A model generated the notes under the pieces. The model did not search any database, was not told the origin of the DNA, and worked only from the letters and a program-made list of their open reading frames with translations. The translations under genes were made by a program, and so were the position numbers. Below, in pieces: positions 1 to 14,017 of a DNA stretch of 64,000 nucleotides; position 1 is the first letter of the stretch, and the number at the start of each line of letters is the position of its first letter. This DNA is from Octopus vulgaris. Lineage: Eukaryota. The stretch lies in the NCBI GenBank assembly GCA_951406725.2, contig OX597825.1, positions 33,666,001 to 33,730,000 of the forward strand. Reading direction: 5' to 3'.

Positions 1-381
1 TAATTGGATAGAAATACTTGGTTAAGTGGTCCAAGTAAAACGACAAAAAAAATTTAAAAAAAAGATATATATTATGAAATGAAGTTCTTATATTTCCCAT
101 AAAGTGTGAAGGATATTATTGCATGTAACGAAACAAATACTATTGCAGACATTTGCTTTTTCAAGAAAATTGATCATTTTATATAATCAAACATATTGAA
201 TAAAGATTTCAATTCTATTCTTTCTTAAGTGGAATTTGATATTTTACTTAATATTTTTCACTGACCTTGTATGTTTTTAAAGAAATTTCAAAAACATTTA
301 TCAGGAAAAAAAAACATTGCATGCATTACCAAAATCTAAGACATCTGGTTAATTTCATATTGTTTTTTTTTATTTGTTACA

Positions 382-412
<31 letters not shown>

Positions 413-671
413 GCAATCATTATCATCATTGTCATCTTTTGTCTTATGCAGTATGTTATAATTTCTACTGCATTTAAATTTTGTTTTTAATTTGATTTGC
501 CACATGAATTATTGGTAATTAAGTTGTTGTTAATCTTGGATTGCTATTATTTTTTCCTGTGATAGTTGTTATATTGTTGGCTGCCCTCCTTTTGATAATC
601 TTTGTAACAGATCTGTCTGTATTTGTGTGAGAGAGTGTACATATCTATATGTGTGTGTGTATATGTGTTTG

Positions 672-955
672 AAGACATTGCTTAATGGGCACTGGGCTCA
701 TAATCACAAGATCATAGTTTCAATTCCTGGACTGGGCATTGCATGTGTTCTTGAACAAAACACTTCATTTCACCTTGCTCCAGTCCACTCAACTACAAAT
801 TGGTAACCTTGCAATGGACTGGCATTCCATTCTGGGAGAATATTGACCTACCAACTTAACCAGCTGGGTGACATTATTCAAAAGCTATAACAATGCATGG
901 AAACACATTGTGACCAATGGTGTATAACAGCAACCAATAGCCTGGTCAATGCAAT
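672..955 (+). mobile_element. decayed tRNA-derived SINE (CORE/V-type body)
   Basis: tRNA-like head (gtttcaattcct) followed by tgtgttcttgaacaaaacacttcatttcaccttgctccagtccactca; related pieces at about 29093-29200, 36030-36130 and 41446-41545. Confidence 0.7.
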
Positions 956-2055
956 TATATATATATATATATATGCTCATACACACACACACACCTACAC
1001 ACACAGATAGATGGAATTGTTGCTAGCATTTGTATCATTGGAAGTCTTTTAGATATTTGGATTAAAATTAAAAAAAAACAAAAAACTTAGACTGGACAAT
1101 GCAAATCTCTTCAGGCTTGAGAAAACTAATTAAACTGGCTAATGTTATGGTATTTGGGGAGGATGGGAAAGGGGGAGGCTCATTATCTTTCAGATCTACT
1201 TGTCTCTTTCCTTCTTTTTCACTGAGAAATTTTTGTCATGAAGTTGGTTATGATTTCTTTTCTACTTAAAACCTGGTTCCATGTTTCATTTATGTAGTGC
1301 TGAGAGCAATAACTGAGTGTGTCTTATGGCAACATACACCTCTTTACTTTTTAAGCTTTAGTTTCATTGAAGTAAACCCTTTGTTCAGAGATTTTGTAAT
1401 AACCAGACAGAAAAAAGAAAAAGGAAAAAATAAATGAACTATTTCATAAAATCTCTGCATACAGACGGCAACTGATTAAAACTCAATATCAACTGAAAGG
1501 TGCCAAACGTGTCAAAAAATTTACAATTTATTTCTTTCGTTTTACTGTAATGCTTGCTTTCAATCATCCAGATGGTATAAAGTGTTTCTAAATTGGGTTC
1601 ATCTACATTGCACGTGTGATAAAGGACCTTTCTGACATTTGATTTCATGTCAAGAGAAATGTACTCAACATTAAAGGGTACAGTTGTACCAATAATTAAA
1701 TAAAGCAGTGATTAGTATATATCTACAGGAATTGTTTCTCTCTCTTTAGTAATGTAACTCCTTATGCTTCCATTTTTTTAAAAATTTATGTTTTTACATT
1801 ATGTTGTATCATTATTATTGACTGAAAAGTTTTTGGTGAACAAATGTGTTAATAGAGATTGTATTAAGTAGACTATTGAATGAATTAGTATAAAGTAGTG
1901 AAAGTAAGGGAAGAATTTTTGTATTTATTCTAATGTTTTATTCTATGAAATATACTGTCCATGTTCTTTTTAATTATTTTTTGAATTAAGAATTTGGAAT
2001 GATTTACTAAAACAATTGGACTTTTTCATTATTAATATGCTATTTGCTTCATATT

Positions 2056-2281
2056 TTAACCACTAACATTCAGATTACTTTGTCAAATGTAATGTTTGTT
2101 TATTCCTATTGTTTTCAATTAATCATGCATTATCTCATATCTTCAAGATTTTGATGATGTGATTTTTTTAATTTTTAGAATGACTTTGTAGAGTAGGTGT
2201 GATTGGCCAGATTTGGCTGATTTGAACATAAAACAGGTAACATTTGGGCTGGTATGGCCAGTTTAAATGCAAAATGGTTAA
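2056..2281. mobile_element. piggyBac-like MITE
   Basis: ttaaccactaacattcaga ... tttaaatgcaaaatggttaa: degenerate terminal inverted repeats with TTAA at both ends. Confidence 0.6.
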
Positions 2282-2752
2282 TGAAAGATTTTTACTCATG
2301 ATGAGAAATTTTAATTGAAATATAAACAATTCTACAAGAGACAGTCTTGGACAAGTGATTTTCAAAAAGCATTAAACCTTTATTTGCTGTATCAAATACT
2401 ATTTATTATAATCATATATTAGATATTTTTTCATTCTTCAAATTAATTTTTTTTTTTTTTAGTATTTCTAGTGCATTTATAACATAAAACTCATGTACAA
2501 GTATGTAAGTGTTGCTTATTAACAATATTTTTTAATTAAACTGAAGGAAACTAATTGGGTTTTTGAGGAAAAGCAGCAACAGTCTTCAGTTAGATGTGAT
2601 TTATACACATTCGTGCATGCAAATTATATAAATATATTTTTATATAAATAAAATAAAAAATGAATTGAAGTCTAATGAAAACCAATATTTATTCAGAACA
2701 GAAAGACAAACACTAATACATACAAGTTATATATACACACACATACACGCAT

Positions 2753-2794
<42 letters not shown>

Positions 2795-4342
2795 TTAGTT
2801 GACAAACAAGTGTTTTAGTAAACTAGTAATTTATTATATTGAGTTCAATCTAAACAAAGTGTTGTTTTTATTAAGTAGGTAGTTGAACTTGATTTTAAAT
2901 AGTAACAATGGAGTTCGCTATTTATATGTTTTGTTGCTTAACTCTTTTGTGATCATGTTCCTAATAGTGTGTGTGTGTGTGGATATATATATATGTATAC
3001 ACACCCATGCATATATATATATACATATATATATATTGTGGGTAAATCATAAATCTGAAAAAGAAGCCCACTCTAAGTAATAGAGCAGTATAGTATACAG
3101 ATAAAGTTAGATAAAGCTGCACTTTTATCAAACTTTATCTACATGTATATATATATAAGTATAAGAAAGTGAAAAGCACTCTCATGTAATGGTTTAATTC
3201 TGTTGCTATACATGTATAGACACACACATTTTCATGTTCCAGACATGCAGTCATGTTGTGTAATAGTTTCATTCCATAGCAATTCTAGATATACAGTTTA
3301 ACCCTATAGATATACTTTACGATGTAGTGTTGATTGAATCAATGCCACTATGTAAATTAACATATCATTGTGTCAGCTTGGAAGCATTTTGTATATGGCT
3401 ATGATAAATATTTTTATATATTTTTTATCTCAACACACAACAACAAATAGATTTAAATAATTCCTTTAAAAAAATTTTGACAAAAAAACTCTTGAAATTG
3501 TCTGCAATGACAATGCTTGATACCTGTGCTGCATAGGTAGAAACTTAGGATGTATCTAATCATCTTTGCTGGGTTTCATTCTAAAAGAAGTCTATATTTT
3601 GTGACCATATTCCAATGGAATACACTGTTTGTGTGTCTCAAGTAAATATTAAGATAATTAAAAATTTGGGTGAATTTGGGAATCAAACCAGGGTCTTTAT
3701 AATTGCAAATGAAACATTCAGTCATGCTTGTATTCATGTATCAATACAACCAAAGTAGTTTCAGATATGATAATATCAGAAGTGTGAATCAAAAAAATAT
3801 ACTTTGATGTACTAAATACACAAAAGCTGTACTTTAAAAAGAAAAAAATTAAAATAAAAAAAGATTAAAAAAAACATGATATATCTCAGAATTGAAGCAA
3901 ATATTTGGAATACCAAGTTATTTGTTTTTAGGTTCATTTGTTTTTAAGTAATTTTTGTATATGCTTTAACATTTTCTGAAGTAGAGCTTATGTTTTCTAA
4001 ACAAAAGACATATGATTGTTACTGTAGATGCATTATTATATAGCATAATAAGTGTTCTTGTAGGCTAATGTATAAAAAAAATGTTTGCAGCATAATGATT
4101 TTTAATAAAAATTTCCTGCTATTTTTTGTGCATGTATGTATATCTATGTAAATGCCTGTGCAGATGTAAACACATGTATATGCATATACAAATATATGTG
4201 TGCTTGTAAATATATATGTATGCATGTATGTACATGCCTATATAAGTATGTAAGTATATATGAATGTATAATATATGTATATATACATATTACATGATTG
4301 GATTTATATATATGTGCATTATATATATACATTATTTGTATG

Positions 4343-4373
<31 letters not shown>

Positions 4374-4584
4374 TGGCAGTTGACTTTCATTTATATCCAC
4401 TAGGCATGGCAAAAAACATTTCAATCACATCAGGCCGCTAACTTCAAATACATATATATTTAATATAACTTCAAGCAATTTGTGTGTGTATGTGTAATAT
4501 ATATATACACTATGTATATGTATATATATATATATATATCTATTTACATATACATATATTTATGTGTACTATATATACATGCAA

Positions 4585-4644
<60 letters not shown>

Positions 4645-4762
4645 AGTCTATTATGTATATGTTGTGTATACATATATGTGTGTGTGTGTGTATATATACA
4701 TAGTCTATTACGTGTGTGTGTGCACACATATGTGTGTGTATATATATATATAGATGTATAAA

Positions 4763-4900
4763 TAACTAACAGTATAACCCGGCTTTGCCCTGGATTAAGT
4801 TAGGATTATCAAGCTAATTAAGTTCTTTATTTCAAACCAAACTAAGTAACATTGATGCCAAATTTGTATGAAATCCGTTGAAATTGGTTATATTATATAT
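4763..4900 (-). mobile_element. short non-autonomous Helitron end
   Basis: Reverse complement ccagggcaaagccgggttatactgTTAGt gives a GC hairpin about 10 nt before a CTAG-like terminus. Confidence 0.5.
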
Positions 4901-5371
4901 ATATATATATATATAGGCAACACACACATACGTACATACACCTATTGCATACATGTCTTTTGTACGCATACATGTTCATGTGTGTGTGTTGCCCATATAT
5001 CAACAAAACAGTTGTTTTCCTCAATGGAAAAAAACAACAAAAGTCTTAATAAAAACTTACTCGTCATTAGAAGGGGACTTAACTCCTGTTTGTAAACAAT
5101 GGTGATTTCTCTGACTTGAAAATTGTTAAAAGTTTTGATTGAAAAGTTATTTTTACTGCTATTCACTGGTGCGTCTGGTAAAAATAAGTTGACAAAAATA
5201 CAGCTAGTTCATGATAAATGTCCTCCTAAAATTGGAGCGACCTGCGCGCTAATTTGTGGACATGCATAAATTACATTCACATACACACAAACACACACAT
5301 CCTGCCTTTTATATATACAGATATGTATGTATATATATATTATATATAATGTAGGTTTGTGTGTGTATATA

Positions 5372-5900
5372 TATGAGGGGAAGTAAAAAATTGTCTGCAC
5401 TTTTGCCATAACATATCTTTATTATTGTCACACTACCTTCTGCACATGTGTGCTTATAGTTAGTACTATATTGTGGTTACGTATTTGAAGTTTGGGCCTG
5501 ATTGCACTATTTTTCTTACTAGCTTTAGAGTGTGAGCATGGCTGTTCCACTAGCCATGCACACCAAAATAGAACGAAGAGCAGTGATCTGAGAGATGGTA
5601 ACCGTGAACTGGTTTACCATTCCCATCTTTTGAGTTTTCTGAATCTTCTCATCATTGGTGGAGGTTGACAAGTGTCCTGCTCCCTCGTCATGCATCACAC
5701 TTGTCTGGCTACTTCTTCATGATCCACTCATACACATTTCTGCCTCTGATGAATTTCAGCATGTGACACACCTTCTGACCAGAGAAATCGGACCACTGCT
5801 CTTTGCTCTTTCATCAACATAGCTAGTGGAGCAGCTATACTTACACTCTAAAGCCAGAAACAAAAATGGTGTGATCAGGCTCAGACTTTAATCACATGAC
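5372..5900. mobile_element. mariner remnant made of two opposed 5' ends
   Basis: Plus strand has an ITR-like tatgaggggaagtaaaaaattg and KIERRAVI; minus strand has MKEQRAVVRFLWSEGVSHAEIHQR and VMHDEGAGHLSTST, the mariner HTH region. Confidence 0.65.
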
Positions 5901-6042
5901 CACGATAGTACCAACTATAAGCATGCAGGTACAGAAGGTAATGTATGCGCATGTATATATACATAGATATAAATATATATATACACACATAAAAGTACAT
6001 ACACACACACACATATATATATATATATTTACACATTTACAC

Positions 6043-6106
<64 letters not shown>

Positions 6107-6108
<2 letters not shown>

Positions 6109-6320
6109 GACACTGTAGACCAACAATCAGATTCTGTAGATTCTGGGTTTCTTTTAGTTAATCTATTTTCACCTTAAATGGTTTCATTGTGCTGTGCTTG
6201 CTTGTGTCTTGTTTAATATGATATCGTGTTATTTAAGGAATGCATATAAAGTACATGGAAAACACATGTGCTGAAGTTCGTGAGCGTTTTTGCCAATGTA
6301 GGTCAAGTCTAAAATTTAGC
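6107..6320 (+). repeat. locally triplicated segment, copy 1 (others at 17168-17272 and 18313-18530)
   Basis: gacactgtagaccaacaa...gattctgggtttcttttagttaatctattttcaccttaaatggtttcattgtgctgtgcttg recurs nearly verbatim. Confidence 0.9.
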
Positions 6321-6839
6321 AATATATATATACACATATATATACATATATATAGACATATATATGTTTGTGTATATATATTTTAAAATGTTTCAGCTTC
6401 AAAGTTGTGGGCATGCTTGAGCACCACCATTGACTGAGCTACATCATTGATTCAAATGTATGTGTATATATATATATATATATACACACACACATATATA
6501 TATATATAGATATATATGCATTATATATATATATATATAAATATGGATATATATATGCATTATATATATATATAAATATTGATATATATATGCATTATAT
6601 ATATATAAATATGGATATATATGTGTGTATATATATGAATATATGTATGTATATATATGTGTATATATATATTTATGTATGTGTATATATTTAAGTATAT
6701 ATATATGTGTGTGTGTATATCTACTACATATGTGGGCAATTCTGTCTGTGGGTGTGTTTGTGGAGTTGTTAGCCAACTCCTCCATCGTGTTATCGATTTT
6801 GATGAAATTTGATATATGAGTAGAATTCATGTTTGGAAA

Positions 6840-7018
6840 CTTGTGTCATACTCAGGTTGAAAAAAGATCGATAATAGGGCCCCTGGAAGGGATCCTTATA
6901 TGTAACTAATACAGGCATCCAGCAACAGGACCTCCGTAATGCCATGATGGACCGCGAAGTCTGGCATAGCATGGTAAATTACATTGTCTCGACCACGGTC
7001 GAACAATGATGATGATGA
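6840..7018 (+). mobile_element. RTE-type LINE 3' end
   Basis: Encodes TGIQQQDLRNAMMDREVWHSMV and ends in a (GAT)n tail. Confidence 0.65.
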
Positions 7019-7199
7019 ATACATTTTATTTTAACAGCCAATGGAAATAACCTCTTCATTTTCCTATATTATTTGGTATAAATCAAATTGAGTATGTTAG
7101 TTATTTTCACAATTTATCCAGTACAACCCATAAACAAGTAAATAGCATGTTCCCAAACAATAGATCCACTTATTTCGGTTAGTGACTTATTCACGAATA

Positions 7200-8151
7200 T
7201 ACCATGAATGACGATGCCTTTCATGATCCTGTTTACATGTAGGAATACCTTCTTAAAATCTATCTGTACATCTTGAAAATGGCCAGCGTGTATATTTCAT
7301 AGAAGACAATGCTCGACATGTTCTGAATCCATGAGAAACCACTTTGACAGCTTTCTTCAAATTATGCCAATGTGACGTTTGCCCGAACACTGTTATATAT
7401 AGAGATCCATGTGTACTATACCTGGGTACACAATAGATGAAACAGATGCAAGCAAGGAACATGCATTGAGGGCGGGAAAGAAGATGCTGTCTTCAGAAGT
7501 GGGGGGCAATCGGGTGGGTATACACTGTGCTCCCTAATTAGCAAGTGTGCTTCTTTTTGCATCTACTGCTACCTACAGTCAGAGGTCCTACATCATTCAA
7601 AGACTTTTGAAGACACAATGGGAAGTCTGCACGACCTACAGAGAAGCCTGTGCCAAACATGGACTACTTGAGGATGATGCTCACTGGGACCAGACTCTGG
7701 AGGAGGCAGCAGTCAGCACAGCACTAAGTCAACTGCGCCAGCTATTTTCTATCATGTTCATGATGTGGCTTGCGTGAACCTCACAAGCTTTGGGCAATCC
7801 ACAAAACCAGCATGGCAAAGGACATCTAGAAAAGATTCAAAGGCAAACGTCAGTGGAAATTGCCATGTTCAGTAATGCCATTTACAATGTGACATTACTT
7901 GACCTGCACACCCGATTGCAAGCTATGGGAGGTCAAGGCAAATCCACATGTGGTTATTACATAACTGACTTAACAATTTGGGTATTCATAACTAATTGGA
8001 AATTCCTAAAAACAAGATCCTCTAAAATACACAAAAATCGGTTTAAGGGCTACATACTTTGTATTATTGTTATTGGATTAGTGAAATAATTATGAGAACG
8101 GAACCAAGGGATAAACCCTGGTTTTCCAGGAATTACCGGGTACGTCAGCTA

Positions 8152-8152
<1 letters not shown>
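7200..8152 (+). mobile_element. decayed Helitron Rep/helicase fragment with 3' terminus
   Basis: LSVHLENGQRVYF, TTLTAFFKLCQ, VRGPTSF and TYREACAKHGLLEDDAHWDQTLEEAA..LSQLRQLF are Helitron RepHel motifs, broken by stops and frameshifts. A hairpin-like ccaggaattaccggg is followed by gtcagCTAC|t. Confidence 0.85.
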
Positions 8153-8191
<39 letters not shown>

Positions 8192-8929
8192 TGGTATAAA
8201 ATACACAGCTATATTTTGAGATTGCTAGTGTTAACAATACTTGCAAATAAAATACAGACTCGAGTTTTAGTGCTATATTCCGTTTAATGTCTCAATGGAG
8301 GCAATGCAAGAGGAACATAATTAATAGCCACACTCAAAATCAAATCTATACATATATTCTTCTACATTTATAAAACAGATATAAAAATTACAAATACATA
8401 AATATAAAAATACATATAAATAGATAAATATCAATGGGATACATAAAACAGAATTTTGGATTTAAAAGTTATAATACATTGGTGTAATAAAAAATTGAGA
8501 TGTATATTATTAAGCGGTAAATGTTTGTATATATATATATATATATATATAGATATATTTGTATATCTATCTATATATGTATATAAATATATATACATGT
8601 ATATATATGTATATAAATATATATACACGTATGTATATATATGTATATGTGCATATCTATCTATCTAATTATATATGTATATATAAAATACAAAATGGGA
8701 CAAGAATGCAAAACATCCAGACAACTAGGTGATACAAAAAGGGGACAAGACATCCAGAAAGACGATACAAAGGAAACAAGGACGGGTCATTTGAAGTTTT
8801 CTATCTTCAGTCAAGAACCAGATTATCCTTGCAGTTTCGAATGTTTATATATGTTAAATGTTTTAATTATATATGTGTGTGTGTATGTATATATATATAT
8901 ATATATATATACATGTGTATATATATTTC

Positions 8930-10490
8930 TGACACCTCAGTCACCTTTCTTGACTTTCAGTCAGACTTCATGACTCCACTCTCACCACCTCCATCCACTA
9001 CAAACACAACACAGACTCACATTGATACCTCAACTCCTCCTCCCACCCTAAACACACCAAGCTCTCCATCCCATATTCCCAATTCCTCCATCTACGCAGG
9101 CTCTGCAGTGACAACCATGATTTTGAGACTAAGTCTCAACTCATAGCTCATCACTTCACCCTACATCAATATCTCCTCACCATTATCCACATCTCCCAGG
9201 CCAGGGCACATTCTATGGACCATGCAGCTGCTCTCTCCCCCCACACTCACCCTGCTGTCACAAGTCCCCCATTTCCCCTCACCTACCACCCCACCATCCT
9301 ACCTCTCCAATGCACCATTCTCAGCTTTTCGGCACCTCCCGTCCGACCCCTCCACTTCGCACATCTTCCCTAACCAACCCTTCCCCTCCTTCAAATGAGA
9401 CCTCTTGGTCCACAGCTTCTTCCCTAACCCAACCTCTCAACCCAGCTTGTACCTCTGCTGCCACACTTGCCCATACCTCTTTGACACCATCCTCCTCACA
9501 GGCACCCATCATCAACCCTATCATATCACTGACTCCTTCACCTGCACTTCTAGCAACGTCATCTACTGCATCTCCTGCTCTTTCTGTCCTTCTCTATACA
9601 TCAGTCAAACAGGACACTGCTTGGCTGACTGGTTTGCAGAATACCTCCGAGACTTCAGACTGGCAATGACAACTCGGTGTCATGCCATTTCTGCTCTACC
9701 GGTCACTCTTTACAACACCTGTCTGTGTTTGGATTGCCCTTGCACAGGAGCCACCCAGACTCCCATCTTCGATGTGAGCAGCGATTAATCTTCTCTCTTT
9801 GCTCTTTTGCACCACATGGGCTCAACTCTCCTCCCCTCTTCATCTAACCGTCCTCCTCTCTTCCTCTCACACCTACTTCCTCCCACCCACCTATATTTCT
9901 CTGGCACCTACTTCTTCTCTTCACTCCTACCCATCTTCTCCCCTCCCTTGTTACCCACACCTACACATTCCAAACCCACCATCCCTATACATCCCATTCC
10001 ACCCCACCCCATCCCTTAGACTCTCACCATTGCTTCCTCCACTCTCGCCTCCCCCACACCCCACCACATCACATCACCATGCAACATACCACCATACCAC
10101 ATCACAATACCACACCACACCACATACTACCCTGCACACACTAGCACTGACCACTTCCCAGCACCTACACCATCATCCACACACCTACACACACATACAT
10201 GTCAAGGTCACCAGCCCCCTTCCACACACACGCTTTCATATACCCATGTGTACCTTTGTTTTGGTATCACCACTACTTCATTATCTCCCCATTCTAGCTC
10301 TCTATGATAGATCGCTAGCCACCAAACGATTTCTATTTTCTCTCCCTGTTTATTTCTGTGATCCTTTCTGTCGAAGAGCGTAGGCTCGAAATGTAAAAGA
10401 CTTTCTCACTTCCCGAGCATTAAACTAATACATCTGTTGTTTACACACTCATCTCTATCTTTTGTTGTTTTTTTGGTAAATTCTCACTAT
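8930..10490 (+). mobile_element. Penelope-like element 3' part (GIY-YIG endonuclease and tail with hammerhead-like motif)
   Basis: ITDSFTCTSSNVIYCISCSFCPSLYISQTGHCLADWFAEYLRD is a GIY-YIG motif; a hammerhead-like motif lies at 10364-10399; the element is bounded by (TA)n. Confidence 0.85.
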
Positions 10491-10519
10491 ATATATGTAT
10501 GTATGTACTTTATATATAC

Positions 10520-10575
<56 letters not shown>

Positions 10576-10622
10576 CATATATATATATATATGTATATAT
10601 AGATTGATATGTATATATACAT

Positions 10623-11255
10623 CATCATCATCATCATCATCATTTAATGTCCACTTTCCATGCTGACATGGGTTGGACGCTTTGACTGAGGACTGGCGAG
10701 CCAGGTGGCTGCACCAGGCTCCAATCTGATCTGGCAGAGTTTCTACAGCTGGATGCCAACCACTCTGATAGTGTAGTGGGTGCTTTTACGTGCCACTGGT
10801 AACAGCCATGCTCAAATGTTATTTTTTACATGCCACGTGCACAGGAGCCAGTCCAGTGGCACTGGCAATAACCTTGCTTGAATGTTGCTTTTTCAGGGGC
10901 CACTGGCACAAGTGCCAGTAAGGCACTGGTAATGATCATGCTCGAATGGTGCTTTTTATGTGCCACTGGCGTGGGAGCCAGTGAGTGGCCCTGGCAACGA
11001 TCATGCTTGGATGATGCTCTTAGCACTCTACTAGCGCAGATGCTAGTCATGCGGTGCTGTCATCGAATTTGATTTCGATTTCACTTGCCTCAACAGGTCT
11101 TTGCAAGCAGAGTTTAGTATCCAATGAAGGAAAGGTATGCATAAGTAGGCTGGTTACACCACTGGTATAGGCCACGTGTTATGGTCTCACTTGGCTTGCA
11201 GGGTCTTTGCAAGCACAGCATATTTCCAAAGATCTCGGTCACTAGTCATTGCCTC
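10623..11255 (-). mobile_element. 5'-truncated RTE-type LINE with 24-bp TSD
   Basis: [17 protein letters not shown]-terminus, (GAT)n tail, internal ~50-bp degenerate repeats; the direct repeat atagattgatatgtatatatacat lies at 10599-10622 and 11256-11279. Confidence 0.8.
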
Positions 11256-11335
11256 ATAGATTGATATGTATATATACATATATATAATATATATATGTCT
11301 GTATGTGTATATATGTATGTATATGTATATATGTG

Positions 11336-11385
<50 letters not shown>

Positions 11386-11415
11386 TGTGTGTGTGTATAT
11401 ATATATGTGTGTATA

Positions 11416-11493
<78 letters not shown>

Positions 11494-11821
11494 TATATAA
11501 TTTGCATTGACAGGACTTTTTAGTCTTACTGGATGGCTTATCTAATCTGTTCAGTAAACCACCAGTCATAAGTTGAAGTCCCAGTCAACACAAATTTTAT
11601 TGAGTGCTCTCTCGCAACCATCACTATGTGTTTCATTCTTATTCTTTAACTTCCTTTAAAATAATTATGTAACATACACACACACATGCATATTTATATA
11701 TCCATATACATACAGGTAAATTGTCATTTTTAGTTTTGTTTGGTATTTGTCTGAACCCCTAATATATATATTTGTCTGTGTGTGCGTGTGTGTGTGTATG
11801 TATATATATATATATATATTT

Positions 11822-12019
11822 AGTTTTAATTGTTTCAGTCATTTGACTGTGACCATGCTGGAGCAATGCCTTTAGTCGAAGAAATCGACCCCAGGGCTTA
11901 TTCTTTGTAAGCCTAGTACTTATTCTATTGTTCTCTTTTGTCGAACAGCTAATGTTTTGAGGACTTAAATGCTCCAACATCAATTGCAAATGATGGTGGG
12001 GGGGATTCATACACACACA

Positions 12020-12061
<42 letters not shown>

Positions 12062-12210
12062 TATGACAGGCTTCTTTCAGTTTCCGTCAACTAAATCCAC
12101 TCACAAGGCGTTGATTGGCCCAAGGCTATAGTAGAAGACACTTGCCCAAGGTTCCACACAGTAGGACTGAACCCGGAACAATGTGGTTGGGAAGCAAGCT
12201 TCTTAGTATA
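11822..12210 (-). mobile_element. tRNA-derived SINE family A with internal (TA)n/(CA)n
   Basis: Colinear with the copies at 30233, 43418 and 56332. Confidence 0.85.
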
Positions 12211-12496
12211 CCCTCTTTGTGTGTGTGTATGTATGTATGTATATGTCATGTATAATTGTATGTATGTGTAATTGTCTTATATAGCAAGCAAGAGCACTCG
12301 TTGCCAGATTAATACAGTTAATTTTAGTTTAATATGCTTGATGGCGTACTCTATGAATTGTTTCATGAGATTGCCATAGTTGTGTAGTTCACTCATCAGA
12401 TTATGGGTATATTTTGAAGTGTTGGAGTTTACTTAGGTTATTATTCAAGAGACTTATCTCTCTTTTAGTGCTGATTCACTGTGCTTAGTGTATATA

Positions 12497-12760
12497 ATAA
12501 ATAATAAATAAATGCTCCTTTTAAAGCCTAGCCAGGCTCATGGGCCTGCTTTCCCGGTTTCAATGGCGTATGTGCTCCCCAGCTGGATGGGACACCAGTC
12601 CATCGCAGCATTACTCATTTTTTGCCAGCTGAGTGGACTGGAGCAACGTGAAATGAAGTGTTTTGCTCAAGAACACAACACGTCGCCCAGTCCAGGAATC
12701 AAAACCACTATCTTACGATCGTGATGTTGACACCCTAACCATTAAGCCACACGCCTCCAC
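12497..12760 (-). mobile_element. tRNA-derived SINE with TSD
   Basis: Head gtggaggcgtgtggcttaatggttaggg, tail ccatgagcctggctaggctttaaaaggagc; TSD gcttagtg(t/c)atata at 12483-12496 and 12761-12774. Confidence 0.8.
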
Positions 12761-13644
12761 GCTTAGTGCATATACAATTATATGTTTATATACACACATA
12801 CATATGTGTGTATATATATATACAAAGTAATATGCTTCAACACTCAAGCAGAAATCTCAAGTAACCTGACCTCACTCCCACACTTCAAATATTCCTGTAA
12901 CACATACTTTCATTTTACTCCAAACAGCATTAAGTTGTCCATGCACCTGATGGAGTGAAATATGCAATATGACAATCTTATGAAGTGATTCATAGACTAC
13001 CAGTTCACTTGCGTTATACTCACACATACATATAGATAACTTTTGTATGATCTTTCTTTTAATACTTGTCATTAATATTGAGATTAATTAACCATTCTAG
13101 TTGGGAAAATGGTATGATTTTGTTTTCTACCCTATCTGTAATGTGATATTGTGCTGGAATAATCACTAAAGGCGAATATTCTTTCTGTTCAATCTTATAT
13201 AATCTACCTTACATTTTTCACAGATATTTTATTCAGTTACTTAATTTTCTTTCCTCTTTCACCTGTCTTTACCTCATCCTTCTGTTATGACTCTGTTATT
13301 TTTTTTTTTTCATAATCTGTTTTTTTTTTCTCTCCTTTGTTTGCCCACCCTCGTTCTCTTAGCCAATGTCGTCTTTCAAAGATGTGTCAGACCAGACCTC
13401 CCATGTGCCCTGCCCCTTCTCCTCAACTCTCTCGCGCTGCAACTGTTCTGTTTCAGTTTCACTGTTGTTTAATAGTTGACCATTCCAAACTGTGTTTTGG
13501 CTGCAGGAAGTTACCAGAACAAATTCTGTAGAAAGATATTTTCTGTAATAATAAAGATTATATGAAGCATAAAAAAATACAAAAAAAATAATAGTGTTTT
13601 TGTTATTCTTTACAATAATTTCATTATGATGGTTATCTATCTTT

Positions 13645-14017
13645 TGTCTTTTACATGTTTCAGTCATTGGACTCGCAGCCAGGCTGGGGCACTGCCTTGA
13701 AGGCTTTACTCAAACAAATCGACCTCAGCACTTACTTTGTAAGCCTGTTACTTATTCGATAACTTTCTTTCAGTGAACCTCTAAGTTACAGGGATGCAAA
13801 CAAACCAATGCCAGTTGTCAACCAGTGGTTGGGGATAAACACATACACTAAGACACACATGTGATGGGCTTCTTTCAGTTTCTGTCTACTAAATACAATC
13901 ACAAAGCATTAGTCAGCCTGGAGCTACAATAGAAGACAATTGTCTTAGGTGCTGTTCAGTGGGACTGAATCCAGGACTACATGGTTGACAAACAAGCTTC
14001 TTAGCTACACAGCCACT
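13645..14017 (-). mobile_element. SINE family A, heavily CpG-decayed copy
   Basis: Colinear with 43418-43824, but many CG positions read TG or CA. Confidence 0.8.

Noticed and set aside
9799-10383. 194-aa Pro/His/Thr-rich ORF
   Set aside because: Low-complexity C/A-rich tail of the Penelope element.
12905-12950. Minus-strand mini-exon VHGQLNAVWSKMK
   Set aside because: Splice sites are plausible, but there is no partner exon or recognisable homology.
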